DNA from: Ranitomeya imitator | Lineage: Eukaryota | Length of the DNA: 64,000 nucleotides | Direction of reading: 5' to 3' | NCBI RefSeq assembly: GCF_032444005.1 | Contig: NC_091285.1 | Span: 10,292,001 to 10,356,000 of the forward strand | In this document: positions 36,871 to 49,400 of the stretch, piece by piece | How positions within the stretch are numbered: position 1 is the stretch's first letter | Layout of the letters: each line of letters starts with the position of its first letter | Notes under the pieces: model-generated | What the model was told of the DNA's origin: nothing | The model's input: the letters and a program-made list of their open reading frames with translations, nothing else | Database searches by the model: none | Program-made: the position numbers and the translations under genes

Positions 36871-38179
36871 GAATTATATGTATTACGGGGCTCCTCCTTG
36901 TTCCACATATTTCCCCAATTCGGCCCTGATTTTCTGTCGGTGACACGGTGGCCGCTTACTGCACCCACACAGATAATTACACCCATCATTGCACCCTATT
37001 CCGCAGTCAAGGATTATTTCCTTTTGCTGCATTCTCAGATAGGACCACTAGGTGGTGCTGTTAGCTACTTCCAGTATTGCTGCAGTTCCACTTGTCAGGC
37101 ACCAGATGGCGCAGGTGCTCTTCCACTGGATAGGTCTGCAGTTATATGGAATAATGCGCCCTCTACTGTATAATAAGAATATTACAAGTCTCTGAGCAGC
37201 CATGACTATAAAAAAAAAAAAAGTATAATGCTATATTAAGACCCAGCAAATGAGGTTCTGCAGCAGCTAGGTTCCAGGGATGACGATTATTGGAAGCTCG
37301 CTGTATATCGCTCTGTAAAATATGCCGTCCCCCTCGGACAGTAGGATTTATTGATGGGTCTGAGGCTGCTTATTATCACCCGTCATCAGTGACAGACCTG
37401 CCAGGCAGGCGCCGCTCCTCTCATAAACACTGTTGGGTGGGGGAGGGGAACATTGATTAAAGAACATTCATCAGAGGTGGTCACAGGAGATGGGAGCCCC
37501 ACCACATCACACAGCAGGACGGGCCCCTGGGGCTCCTAATTACCCTTCATCTAAGAGAGATTAGACGGACGCTGAGCAGGAGACATTGCGAGTCATTTCT
37601 ATGTGTTTACAGGAAAGATGGCGGACAACCAATATGGCCGCTTTTCTGCTTTCCCACCGTCCTAAGTGACTGATATTGCTATAGGTGGCACAGGAGAAAA
37701 GATGGTTACTAAAATGTCACCTGTCGCTGCAAAACCGATGTTGCTGTATAGAATGGTGTCCTAATGGAGCAAAGATGGAGTGTAAAGCATGGCGGACGTA
37801 ATGGGGACGATCGGCAGCTTGTGATGGAGGCAGACTTCACACTACAGCAGATTCCAATAGGTAATGGAGGTAAACTGGAGCCATTGATCATAGCTGTGTG
37901 GTAATAGAGCAGAGCTGCAGTGTATAGCATGGAGGAGGGGCGGAACGGGAGCACGAGCCACTGATAAAACGGGGGTCGACTTCAGGCTGCAACAGGCAAT
38001 GGAGCTAAGCCGGAGTCTTCACTATGTCTAAATAATGTAGAGCTGCAGTGTAAAGCATGGTGGAGGGACAGACAAGGATCCAGCTTATTCCTAATAGTAC
38101 GACCCTCTGTGGTTGCTGGACCCCGGGATCCAGTACTTGGAGGGTGCTGAGGAGGACTGGTGTGACGGTAACACGGCTC

Positions 38180-40345
38180 CCTCCAGTACTGATACATCAG
38201 GACATTATCCTGCGCTCACTGCTCCCTCCGGTACTGATACATCGGGACATTATCCTGCGCTCACTGCTCCCTCCGGTGCTGATACATGAGGACATTATCC
38301 TGCGCTCACTGCTCCCTCCGGTGCTGATACATCGGGACATTATCCTGCTCTCACTGCTCCCTCCGGTACTGATACATGAGGACATTATCCTGCGCTCACT
38401 GCTCCCTCCGGTGCTGATACATCGGGACATTATCCTGCTCTCACTGCTCCCTCCGGTGCTGATACATCGGGACATTATCCTGCGCTCACTGCTCCCTCCG
38501 GTGCTGATACATCAGGACATTATCCTGCTCTCACTGCTCCCTCCGGTGCTGATACATCGGGACATTATCCTGCTCTCACTGCTCCCTCCGGTACTGATAC
38601 ATCAGGACATTATCCTGCTCTCACTGCTCCCTCCGGTACTGATACATCGGGACATTATCCTGCGCTCACTGCTCCCTCTGGTACTGATACATCGGGACAT
38701 TATCCTGCGCTCACTGCTCCCTCCGGTACTGATACATCAGGACATTATCCTGCTCTCACTGCTCCCTCCGGTACTGATACATCGGGACATTATCCTGCGC
38801 TCACTGCTCCCTCTGGTACTGATACATCGGGACATTATCCTGCGCTCACTGCTCCCTCTGGTACTGATACATCGGGACATTATCCTGCTCTCACTGCTCC
38901 CTCCGGTACTGATACATCAGGACATTATCCTGCGCTCACTGCTCCCTCCGGTGCTGATACATCGGGACATTATCCTGCTCTCACTGCTCCCTCCGGTACT
39001 GATACATCAGGACATTATCCTGCGCTCACTGCTCCCTCCAGTACTGATACATCAGGACATTATCCTGCGCTCACTGCTCCCTCCGGTACTGATACATCGG
39101 GACATTATCCTGCGCTCACTGCTCCCTCCGGTACTGATACATCAGGACATTATCCTGCGCTCACTGCTCCCTCCAGTACTGATACATCAGGACATTATCC
39201 TGCGCTCACTGCTCCCTCCAGTACTGATACATCAGGACATTATCCTGCGCTCACTGCTCCCTCCAGTACTGATACATCAGGACATTATCCTGCTCTCACT
39301 GCTCCCTCCGGTGCTGATACATCAGGACATTATCCTGCGCTCACTGCTCCCTCCGGTGCTGATACATCAGGACATTATCCTGCGCTCACTGCTCCCTCCG
39401 CTGCTGATACATCGGGACATTATCCTGCGCTCACTGCTCCCTCCAGTACTGATACATCGGGACATTATCCTGCGCTCACTGCTCCCTCCAGTACTGATAC
39501 ATCGGGACATTATCCTGCGCTCACTGCTCCCTCCAGTACTGATACATCGGGACATTATCCTGCGCTCACTGCTCCCTCCGATACTGATACATCGGGACAT
39601 TATCCTGCGCTCACTGCTCCCTCCGGTGCTGATACATCGGGACATTATACTGCGCTCACCGCTCCCTCCGGTGCTGATACATCGGGACATTGTCCTGCGC
39701 TCACTGCTCCCTCCAGTACTGATACATCGGGACATTATCCTGCGCTCACTGCTCCCTCCGGTGCTGATACATCGGGACATTATCCTGCGCTCACTGCTCC
39801 CTCCGCTGCTGATACATCGGGACATTATCCTGCGCTCACTGCTCCCTCCGGTGCTGATACATCGGGACATTGTCCTGCGCTCACTGCTCCCTCCGGTGCT
39901 GATACATCGGGACATTGTCCTGCGCTCACTGCTCCCTCCGGTGCTGATACATCGGGACATTATCCTGCGCTCACTGCTCCCTCCGGTGCTGATACATCGG
40001 GACATTGTCCTGCGCTCACTGCTCCCTCCGGTACTGATACATCGGGACATTATCCTGCGCTCACTGCTCCCTCCGGTGCTGATACATCGGGACATTATCC
40101 TGCGCTCACTGCTCCCTCCGGTGCTGATACATCGGGACATTATCCTGCGCTCACTGCTCCCTCCGGTGCTGATACATCGGGACATTATCCTGCGCTCACT
40201 GCTCCCTCCGGTGCTGATACATCAGGACATTATCCTGCGCTCACTGCTCCCTCCGCTGCTGATACATCAGGACATTATCCTGCGCTCACTGCTCCCTCCG
40301 GTGCTGATACATCAGGACATTATCCTGCGCTCACTGCTCCCTCCA
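38180..40345. repeat. 45-bp minisatellite (about 48 units) between FKBP4 and NRIP2
   Basis: Unit CTGATACATCGGGACATTATCCTGCGCTCACTGCTCCCTCCGGT(A/G). Confidence 0.97.
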
Positions 40346-40804
40346 GCTCATTTGATGTCTCCTCCTCACTTTATGTTTTCAATCTTCTTCCTTCTATGGG
40401 AACAGAGTGAAATTCATCTCATAAACCTGGTAATTACCGCGACGCACGGGGGATTGGTAATAATGTACAACATGCGAGCACAGGAAGCATCGCAACTACA
40501 AGCAGCCGACATCAGGCACTGTATCTAAGGTGGAAGCAGACTAAAACAAGTCTGTGCAGCCAGGACAGGCAGTCTAATGTACTGGCTGTGTTATGTAAGC
40601 ACACGGTGGGCAACAAGACAGTTAGTCACTTGGTTACTAGGCAACCATGGTCACAGCATGTCATCTACATAGCGGTCACATCGTCTATAGAGATGTCACA
40701 TCGTCTATAGAGCAGTCACAGTGTATACAGTGGTCACATCATTTACAGCAGGGAAGTCAAACTCAAATATACAGAGACAAAATTAAAAGCTTGGACAAAG
40801 TTGC

Positions 40805-41440
40805 GGGCCCCACATAGTCCTCCATACAGTATAATGGGCCCCTCATAGTCCTTCATACAGTATAATGGGCCCCACATAGTCCTCCATACAGGATAATGGG
40901 CCCCACATAGTCCTCCATACAGGATAATGGGCCCCACATAGTCCTCCATACAGTATAATGGGCCCCACATAGTCCTCCATACAGTATAATGGACAACATA
41001 GTCATTTATACAGTATAATGGTCACACATTGTCCTCCATAGTGTATAATGGCCTCACATAGTCCTTCATACAATATAATGGGTGACACACAGGCGTTTCT
41101 ACAGTATAATGGGCCCCACATAGTCCTCCATACAGTATAATGGGCCCCACATAGTCCTCCATACAGTATAATGGGCCCCACATAGTCCTCCACACAGTAT
41201 AATGGGCCCCACATAGTCCTTCATACAGTATAATGGGCAACATAGTCATTTATACAGTATAATGGTCACACATTGTCCTCCATAGTGTATAATGGCCCCA
41301 CATAGTCCTCCATACAGTATAATGGCACCATATAGTCATCCATACAGTCTAATAGGCCCACACAGTCCGCCATACAGTATAATGGGATTCACATAGTTCT
41401 CCATATAGTATACTGGCCCCACATAGTCTTCTATACAGTA
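40805..41440. repeat. 31-bp minisatellite, possibly inside a hAT-like MITE remnant starting near 40748
   Basis: Unit GCCCCACATAGTCCTCCATACAGTATAATGG; CAGGGAAGTCAAACTC upstream resembles a hAT TIR. Confidence 0.8.
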
Positions 41441-41997
41441 TAATTGTCTCACATGCCCCGTGCTTGGCGGTCATTACCACCACGCACGGGGATGGGTAAT
41501 AAATGTACACCATGCAAGCCAACAGCAGGGTCACATCATCTACAGAGCAGTCTCTTTGTCTACATAGTGGTCTAATAAGAGGGGTTAACTCTTTCTTCCC
41601 CTCTGTGCCCCCTTTTTGCTTCGATCATTTATCGCTTTCCTCCACAAAGAGTCGACATGTCATCATAATACAGAAAGCAGAATTCTTCTTTATAAAGAGC
41701 AGCAGGGGGCGCAATGGGCGACCACAGAAGGTGCAATTATTTTCTTGGAACAAAGCAAATGGAGCGATGAAGATAAACCCCGGAACATGGCTAGTAAAAT
41801 GACGGAGACATACCAGCATTACAAAAGAGTACAGAAGCCCCCCTCCAACCGTCCGGATTCCCAGACCCTAAAAGGGGAGGAACTCGCTATAAAATGCTTC
41901 TTGGCGCTCCTGGAGCAGCTGCGTCACAGTGGATGTTAGGAGCAGTTGTGCTTTAACTTGCACTTGTAGTTCTTCCATCAGACCAGTAGGTGGCAGA

Positions 41998-42126
41998 TTA
42001 CTGATCACTGAGATCGCTCACGGTGTCGATCATCTTCTCCGCCGTGGGTCGCTGGGCTGGGGCGGTCCTGAACCATACGTCTTGGGTTGGGGTCTTCAGG
42101 ACGCCATGTTCCAGGTCGATGCAAGC
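41998..42126 (-). CDS. NRIP2: NRIP2 exon 6 (coding part, stop TAA)
   Basis: ttccag|GCT TGC ATC...CAG TAA; ACIDLEHGVLKTPTQDVWFRTAPAQRPTAEKMIDTVSDLSDQ*. Confidence 0.9.
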   Translation of the reverse strand, partial: ACIDLEHGVLKTPTQDVWFRTAPAQRPTAEKMIDTVSDLSDQ

Positions 42127-45100
42127 CTGGAAGGGGGTTGAATGAGGAAATAGAGGGCATCGGTGTAGCCCCTCTTAAAGGGGTTCTCCACTTTTTTTTT
42201 TTACTTAAATGCATGCATTTGAGGGTAAAAATAATTTTTGCTATTGCGTTTCATTAAACATTTTGCCCCGGTTGACTTTTAATGGCAGCTGGTTTCCCTC
42301 AACATTCAACTATGATGCGGTCTGCGGTCATAAATCAGTTGAAAAGACAGAATAAAAGAATGAGCTCACTGATGGAGCCTCAGTTTACTCATTCAGCAGC
42401 CAGAAATAGTAACGCAGAGGCCCTAAAAGGCAAACGGTGCAAAACGTATGCAGAAAACAAAAAGTCCCTAAAAGTGGACAACCCCATTAAGACCCCAGTA
42501 AACGTACCTTTAAAGATATCAGCATCTCCAGTCCAATGGAAAAGTCAATGGTGTCGTCATCTGGAAGAAAAAAAAGCACAAAATAAAGTTATTTTATAAT
42601 CACTCGATGTAACAGGCCCAAAGCCTGAGGCTGCACCACTGAGAGATCCCTTGTTGTCATGGAGACGTGGATCCACCATCCATATATATATCTATATACT
42701 GGAGATTGATGGCGACTCTTACCCACGATCACGGCCTGGCAGGTCCGTGCCGCCGCTCCGCCTAGGGCCACGTCTCCGCCCAGGGCCACGTCCACCACCA
42801 TCTTCTCCCCCGGACCGTTTGCGGACTGTAACCTGGATTGATATGCAAGATATTATAACTGTCCCTGTTTCCCACTTTCGACCAATCAGAGCGCAGCTTT
42901 GATTTTTTACACAGCTCGGGTAAAATGAAAGCTGCACTGTAATTGGTTGCTACAGGCAACAAGGACCGTTATCATAAATCTGCCTCAATGAATCTTGGGA
43001 GCCACTTTAAGCCTAGGATTTAAAGGGAATGTCCACTTTTATATATAAGCAACTCATCTTGGTGCCGTGTGTAAATATGGCATCTATGTCCTTTCCTGTG
43101 CGGCCGCTCTTACCCCAGTCTTTCCACGCAGGCTTTGGAGATGAGGTTTTCTTGACGTTCAGTGGACAACGTGGCACAAATGTCCCAGGTGCCAACCTGT
43201 AAATTTAAAGGCATATAGTACTGGTAGATAAGAAACATATTCATTTCTTATGAAGCATTTACTCACCGAGCCAATCGGCTAATGTATCTCTGCAGACATT
43301 TGTACTAAGATAGTAAATGAACAGCGCCATCTACAGTACGGAGGTAGTAACTGCGCTATTATTATCAAACGGCGTCACATTGCAGTTTTTATAGCGGCCA
43401 CTAGATGTCAGTACAGCAGATTTAAAAAATCAAGCTAAAGAATCTCACTTTACTGTCTGCTGGGAAATCTAACGCTGTAACCAGAGATTTGATGAGAATA
43501 AAACTTGTACCTCACCTTACAGGGGACCAGCAGGACATGTCCTCTCCAGCCCTCCTCCTCCGCATCCTCAGGTTGTTTGGTAGATAGCAGCTCACTTGGA
43601 ATTGGACGTGGGTCTTCATTGTGCAGCTTGGGTGGTCTTGTCTCCACAGGTGGGACTCCCTGACCACACAGCTGGGGGACTTGTGCTAATTCGCTGGTTT
43701 CCTTAACTGGACTTCCTCCCATGAGACGTCGCTGGATCACGCTGTGAGGTTGCTGAACCAATAACACAAAGCTTATAAGAATGACAACACTGGGAATGTT
43801 TCACATTTACCCACTGATCCACTTTTGCATGCGTTGACTTTTTAGCATTTTTTTCCCACAATGCACTTATAATAAAGTCACTTTGTGATCATAGTTCTTA
43901 CAGTAAGTTCTCTTACCTATTTGGTACCTGTAGGTAAACCTTAACCACTGATCCACCTCATCCCAGTACACATTTATGACTAAATCATATATCTGATTTA
44001 CTACAAATCTGCCTATGCCTAATTATGAATATTTTTGGGAATGTTGTCTTGCAAATTACCTATCGCCATGTCCCTCCAAAATTGTGCCTGCTATGTAACT
44101 CCTTTACCACTGATCCAGCTCTTGAGATTTAACATTTATCCAGTACCATTTGGCTTTACCAAATATTCCATTTGTATTAATTGTATTAGGTTATGTTACT
44201 ACTGATCTGTTCCTTGTAGCTTAATATTTAACCAGTATTGTTTTATCACTGATCCAACACATAATACATATTATTTGGACTGTACTAGGTTCCTTTACCA
44301 CTTAGCCATCTCTTAATATCTAATCTGTACTGTGTCTCTTTATCAATGAATAAAGTGTATGGATACTTATATGTATAGAATACTTTAACCCCTTACCACT
44401 GATCCATCTCAAGGTTGCACTGTATGTGCAGAATTATTATCAATTAAATGAAAAACATAATTTTTTTCCTCTAAATTGTTTCTTTACATTTGTTCAAGTG
44501 ATAATAATAATAAAAAAAAAGTTCAAAATATGAAAAAATACATTTCTGACATCTCCCCAAAAATATCAGTGACTGATACGGTAGTTTATATCTTGAACTT
44601 ATACTTCTGATTCTTCTTTATGGCAAATATTTAAATCCTACAGAGACACTTTACCACTGATCCATTTCTAGGTATTATATGATATGAATCTCACTGTAAC
44701 TCTTTACAACTGATCCATCCCCAGTTAATATGCGAATTGAACTGTGGTCGGATTACTCTAGGTATATATGTGAACCACGCTGTGACACTTTATCACTGAT
44801 CCATGTATAGGTAATATGTGAACCATACTGAGAGCCTCCATCATTGATCCCTTTGGTCATTTATATCTAAACCACGCTATGACGCTTTCCCACTTATCCA
44901 TGTTCAGTTAATAAGTGAATCGTACTGTGACCCTTTACCACCAATCCATCTCTAGTTTATAAGTGAACTGTACTGTGACCTGTTACCACTGATACATCCC
45001 TGGTTAATAAAGGAACCATACTGTGACCTGTTACCACCGATCCATCTCTGGTTAATAAGTGAATTGTACTGTGGCCCTTTACCACCGATCCATCTATAGT

Positions 45101-46149
45101 TAATAAGAACCGTACTTTGAACCTTTACCACTGATCCATGTCTGGTTAATAAGTGAATTGTACTGTAGCCCTTTACCACTGATCCATCTCTGGTTAATAA
45201 GTGAATTGTACTGTGACCCTTTACCACCAATCCATCTCTAGTTTATAAGTTGACTGTACTGTGACCTATTTCTACTGATCCCTTTGATAATTAATATGTG
45301 AACCATGCTACAATGCTTTACCACTTATCCATCTCTGGTTAATAAGGGAACCATACAATGACCTGTTACCACCGATCCATCTATGGTTAATAAGTGAACC
45401 GTACTTTGAACCTTTACCACTGATCCATGTCTGGTTAATAAGGGAATTGTACTGTGGCCCTTTACCACTGATCCATGTCTGGTTAATAAGGGAATTGTAC
45501 TGTGACACTTTACCACTGATCCATCTCTGGTTCATAACTGAATTGTACTGTGACACTTTACCACCGATCCATCTATGGTTAGTAAGGGAATTGTACTGTG
45601 ACACTTTACCACCGATCTATCTATACTTACTAAGTGAACCATACTGTGGCCCTTTACCACTGATCCATCTCTGGTTAATAAGTGAAGCGTACTGTGACCT
45701 TTTACTACTGATCCTTTTCGGTAATTTAAAAAAAAAAATAAATATATGACTTTTTACCACTGATCCATCTCATAATACCTAACATCTATTCGACGGTATG
45801 TGCCATTACCACCGATCCGCACTGATCGCCCCTTCCCCACTGATCCATCACCGACCATTGCAGAATATTTATGGTCCCTGCAATACCAGAATCTGCAGTC
45901 GTACCCTCTGGTTAAGCTCGCTGCCCTCTTAGCCACCACTCCACTTACCAGGTCCTTGGAGGTCCCAAGTCTCCGCAGCTGATCGAGGGGCAGCAGATCT
46001 GCAGAATCCTTGTGAACGAACTGGGTGGCTTGCTTCAGGCGTCTCTGCTGGTGCAGGATGGCGGACCCTCGGAAGTCTTGCTGTTTTTGGGGGGAATCTC
46101 TTACCCTGGCATCTTCCCCAAGACCCAAGGGCGGCCTGTGGAAGCTCAT
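41998..46149 (-). CDS. NRIP2: Nuclear receptor-interacting protein 2, complete: join(46149-45949,43752-43516,43196-43114,42832-42723,42560-42508,42126-41998), 270 aa
   Basis: HQQRRLKQATQFVHKDSADLLPLDQLRRLGTSKDL|QPHSVIQRRL, NLISKACVERLG, FSIGLEMLISLK|ACIDLEHGVL match NRIP2/NRIP3 as I recall them. KQATQF, CIDLEHGVL and position beside FKBP4 favour NRIP2. Kozak GCACCATG; all introns GT-AG. Confidence 0.93.
42508..42560 (-). CDS. NRIP2: NRIP2 exon 5
   Basis: ttccag|AT GAC GAC...TTA AAG|gtacgt; DDTIDFSIGLEMLISLK. Confidence 0.9.
42723..42832 (-). CDS. NRIP2: NRIP2 exon 4
   Basis: atccag|G TTA CAG...GTG G|gtaaga; LQSANGPGEKMVVDVALGGDVALGGAAARTCQAVIV; phases fit both neighbours. Confidence 0.85.
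43114..43196 (-). CDS. NRIP2: NRIP2 exon 3 (protease-fold motif region)
   Basis: tttacag|GTT GGC...CTG GG|gtaaga; VGTWDICATLSTERQENLISKACVERLG, 83 nt. Confidence 0.88.
43516..43752 (-). CDS. NRIP2: NRIP2 exon 2
   Basis: ggttcag|CAA CCT CAC...TGT AAG|gtgagg; QPHSVIQRRLMGG...HVLLVPCK. Confidence 0.9.
44920..45720. repeat. 48-bp degenerate tandem repeat, NRIP2 intron 1, with older traces back to about 43810
   Basis: Consensus CTGTGACCCTTTACCACTGATCCATCTCTGGTTAATAAGTGAATTGTA. Confidence 0.88.
45949..46149 (-). CDS. NRIP2: NRIP2 exon 1 (coding part)
   Basis: MSFHRPPLG...LGTSKDL|gtaagt. Confidence 0.92.
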
Positions 46150-46448
46150 GGTGCAAGAAGGGGCCCCAAACAGCAGACTGCGCCCCTCTGCAACTTACTG
46201 GGGTCCCTCCTGGCACCTGCTCTGTGTCACCTCCTGTCACTGCTCTTCTCTTACTGCCTTTGTCCTTTCTCCCTCTTCAATGTAATGATCTGGTATTCTG
46301 GGGATTCCACTGTGGAGCCCCCTCCTCCCACTCTGCAGAGATTCCCTGCTCTGCACCCCCTCCCCTTCCCTGCTCTCTTCCTATCAGCCCCTGCCTGGTC
46401 CATGTATCATCCTGAGCTTCTATAAAACCATCACGTCTGAGCCCAGAA

Positions 46449-49400
46449 GCAGGATCCAGAGCGAGCGGAATCCTGCAGCAGCATCCAGAGCGAGCGGAAT
46501 CCTACAGCAGCATCCAGAGCGAGCAGAATCCTACAGCAGCATCCAGAGCGAGCGGAATCCTACAGCGGCATCCAGAGCGAGCGGAATCCTGCAGCGGCAT
46601 CCAGAGCGAGCGGAATCCTGCAGCGGCATCCAGAACGAGCGGAATCCTGCAGCGGCATCCAGAGCGAGCGGAATCCTGCAGCAGCATCCAGAGCGAGCGG
46701 AATCCTGCAGAAACATCCAGAGCGAGTGGAGTCCTGCAGCAGCATCCAAAGCAAGCGGAATCCTGCAGCGGCATCCAGAGCGAGAGGAATCCTGCAGCAG
46801 CATCCAGAGGGAGCGGAATCCTGCAGCAGCATCCAGAGCGAGCGGAATCCTACAGCAGCATCCAGAGCGAGCAGAATCCTACAGCAGCATCCAGAGCAAG
46901 CGGAATCCTACAGCAGCATCCAGAGCAAGCAGAATCCTACAGGAGCATCCAGAGCGAGCGGAATCCTACAGCAGCATCCAGAGCGAGCGGAATCCTACAG
47001 CAGCATCCAGAGCGAGCGGAATCCTACAGCGGCATCCAGAGCGAGCGGAATCCTGCAGCGGCATCCAGAGCGAGCGGAATCCTGCAGCGGCATCCAGAAC
47101 GAGCGGAATCCTGCAGCGGCATCCAGAGCGAGCGGAATCCTGCAGCAGCATCCAGAGCGAGCGGAATCCTGCAGAAACATCCAGAGCGAGTGGAGTCCTG
47201 CAGCAGCATCCAAAGCAAGCGGAATCCTGCAGCGGCATCCAGAGCGAGAGGAATCCTGCAGCAGCATCCAGAGGGAGCGGAATCCTGCAGCAGCATCCAG
47301 AGCGAGCGGAATCCTACAGCAGCATCCAGAGCGAGCAGAATCCTACAGCAGCATCCAGAGCAAGCGGAATCCTACAGCAGCATCCAGAGCGAGCAGAATC
47401 CTACAGGAGCATCCAGAGCGAGCGGAATCCTACAGCAGCATCCAGAGCGAGCGGAATCCTGCAGCAGCATCCAGAGAGAGCGGAATCCTGCAGCGGCATC
47501 CAGAGCGAGCGGAATCCTGCAGCAGCATCCAGAGCGAGCGGAATCCTGCAGCAGCATCCAGAGCGAGCGGAATCCTGCAGAAGCATCCAGAGCGAGCGGA
47601 GTCCTGCAGCAGCATCCAGAGCAAGCGGAATCCTGCAGCAGCATCCAGAGCGAGAGGAATCCTGCAGCAGCATCCAGAGGGAGCGGAATCCTGCAGCAGC
47701 ATCCAGAGCAAATCGAATTCTGCAGCAGCATCAAGAGCAAGCGGAATCCTGCAGCAGCATCCAAAGCAAGCTGAAAACTGCAGCAGCATCCAGAGCAAGC
47801 GGAATCCTGCAGCAGTGTCCAGAGCGAGCGGAATCCTGCAGCAGTATTAAGAGCAAGCGGATTCCTGCAGCAGCATCAAGAGCGAGCGGAATCCTACAGC
47901 AGCATCCAGAGCGAGCAGAATCCTGAAGCAGCATCCAGAGCGAGCGGAATCCTATGGCAGCATCCAGAGCGAGCGGAATCCTAAGGCAGCATTCAGAGCG
48001 AGTGGAATCCTACGGCAGTATCCAGAGCGAGCGGAATCCTGCAGCAGCATCAAGAGCGAGCGGAATCCTGCAGCAGCATCCAGAGCGAGCAAAATCCTAC
48101 AGCAGCATCCAGAGCGAGCGGTATCCTACAGCAGCATCCAGAGTGAGCGGAATCCTGCAGTAGCATCCAGAGCGAGCGGAATCCTACAGCAGCATCCAGA
48201 GTGAGCTGAATCCTGCAGCAGCATCCAGAGCTAGTGGAATCCATCAGCAGCATCCAGCGCGAGCGGAATCCTACAGCAGCATCCAGAGCGAGCGGAATCC
48301 TGCAGCAGCATCCAGAGCGAGCGGAATCCTGCAGCAGCATCCAGAGCGAGCGGAATCCTGCAGCAGGATCCAGAGCGAGCGGACTCCTACAGCACCATAC
48401 AGAGCGAGTGGAATCCTGCAGCAGCATCCAGAGCGATCTGAATCCTGCAGCAGTATCCAGAGCGAGCGGAATCCTGCAGCAGCATCCAGAGCGATCAGAA
48501 TCCTGCAGCGGCATCCAGAGCGGGTGGAATCCTGCAGCAGCATCCAGAGCGAGCGGAATCCTGCAGAAGCATCCAGAGGGAGCGGAACCCTGCAGCAGCA
48601 TCCAGAGCGTGCGGAATCCAGAAGAAGCATCTATAGCAAATCGAATTCTGCAGCAGCATCAAGAGCAAGTGGAATCCTGCAGCAGCATCAAGAGCAAGCG
48701 GAATCCAGCAGCATACAAAGCAAGCGGAAAACTGCAGCAGCATCCAGAGAAAGCGGATTCCCTGCAGCAGCATCCAGAGTGAGCGGAATCCTGCAGCAGA
48801 AACCAGAGCCAGCGGAATCCTGCAGAAGGATGCAGAGCGAGCGGAATCCTGCAGCAGCATCCAGAGCAAGAGGAATCCTGCAGCAGCATCCAGAGGGAGC
48901 CGAATCCTACAGCAGCATCCAGAGTGAGCGGAATCCTGCATCAGCATCCAGAGCAAATCGAATTCTGCAGCAGCATCAAGAGCAAGTGGAATCCTGCAGC
49001 AGCATCCAAAGCAAGCGGAAAACTGCAGCAGCATCCAGAGCAAGCGGAATCCTGCAGCAGCATCCAGAGCGAACGGAATTCTGCAGCAGCATCCAGAGCG
49101 ATCAGAATCCTGCAGCGGCATCCAGAGCGGGCGGAATCCTGCAGCAGCATCCAGAGCGAGCGGAATCCTGCAGAAGCATCCAGAGCGATCAGAATCCTGC
49201 AGCGGCATCCAGAGCGGGCGGAATCCTGCAGCAGCATCCAGAGCGATCAGAATCCTGCAGCGGCATCCAGAGCGGGCGGAATCCTGCAGCAGCATCCAGA
49301 GCGATCAGAATCCTGCAGCGGCATCCAGAGCGGGCGGAATCCTGCAGCAGCATCCAGAGCGATCAGAATCCTGCAGCGGCATCCAGAGCGGGCGGAATCC

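Noticed and set aside
37590-37800. YY1-like AAGATGGCGG and a CCAAT suggesting a promoter
   Set aside because: No downstream exon or CpG island; short motifs can occur by chance.
38057-40528. 823-aa ORF (LLPPVLIHRDIILRS)n
   Set aside because: 45-bp unit divisible by 3 with no stop in that frame; no non-repeat domain.
43267-43305. Exon-like segment in NRIP2 intron 2 (tag|...CG|gtgagt, minus strand)
   Set aside because: 38-39 nt would shift frame between phase-0 exons 2 and 3; no homology. A poison exon cannot be excluded without RNA data.
41998-46149. Alternative call NRIP3
   Set aside because: KQATQF, CIDLEHGVL and adjacency to FKBP4 fit NRIP2; a tree would confirm.
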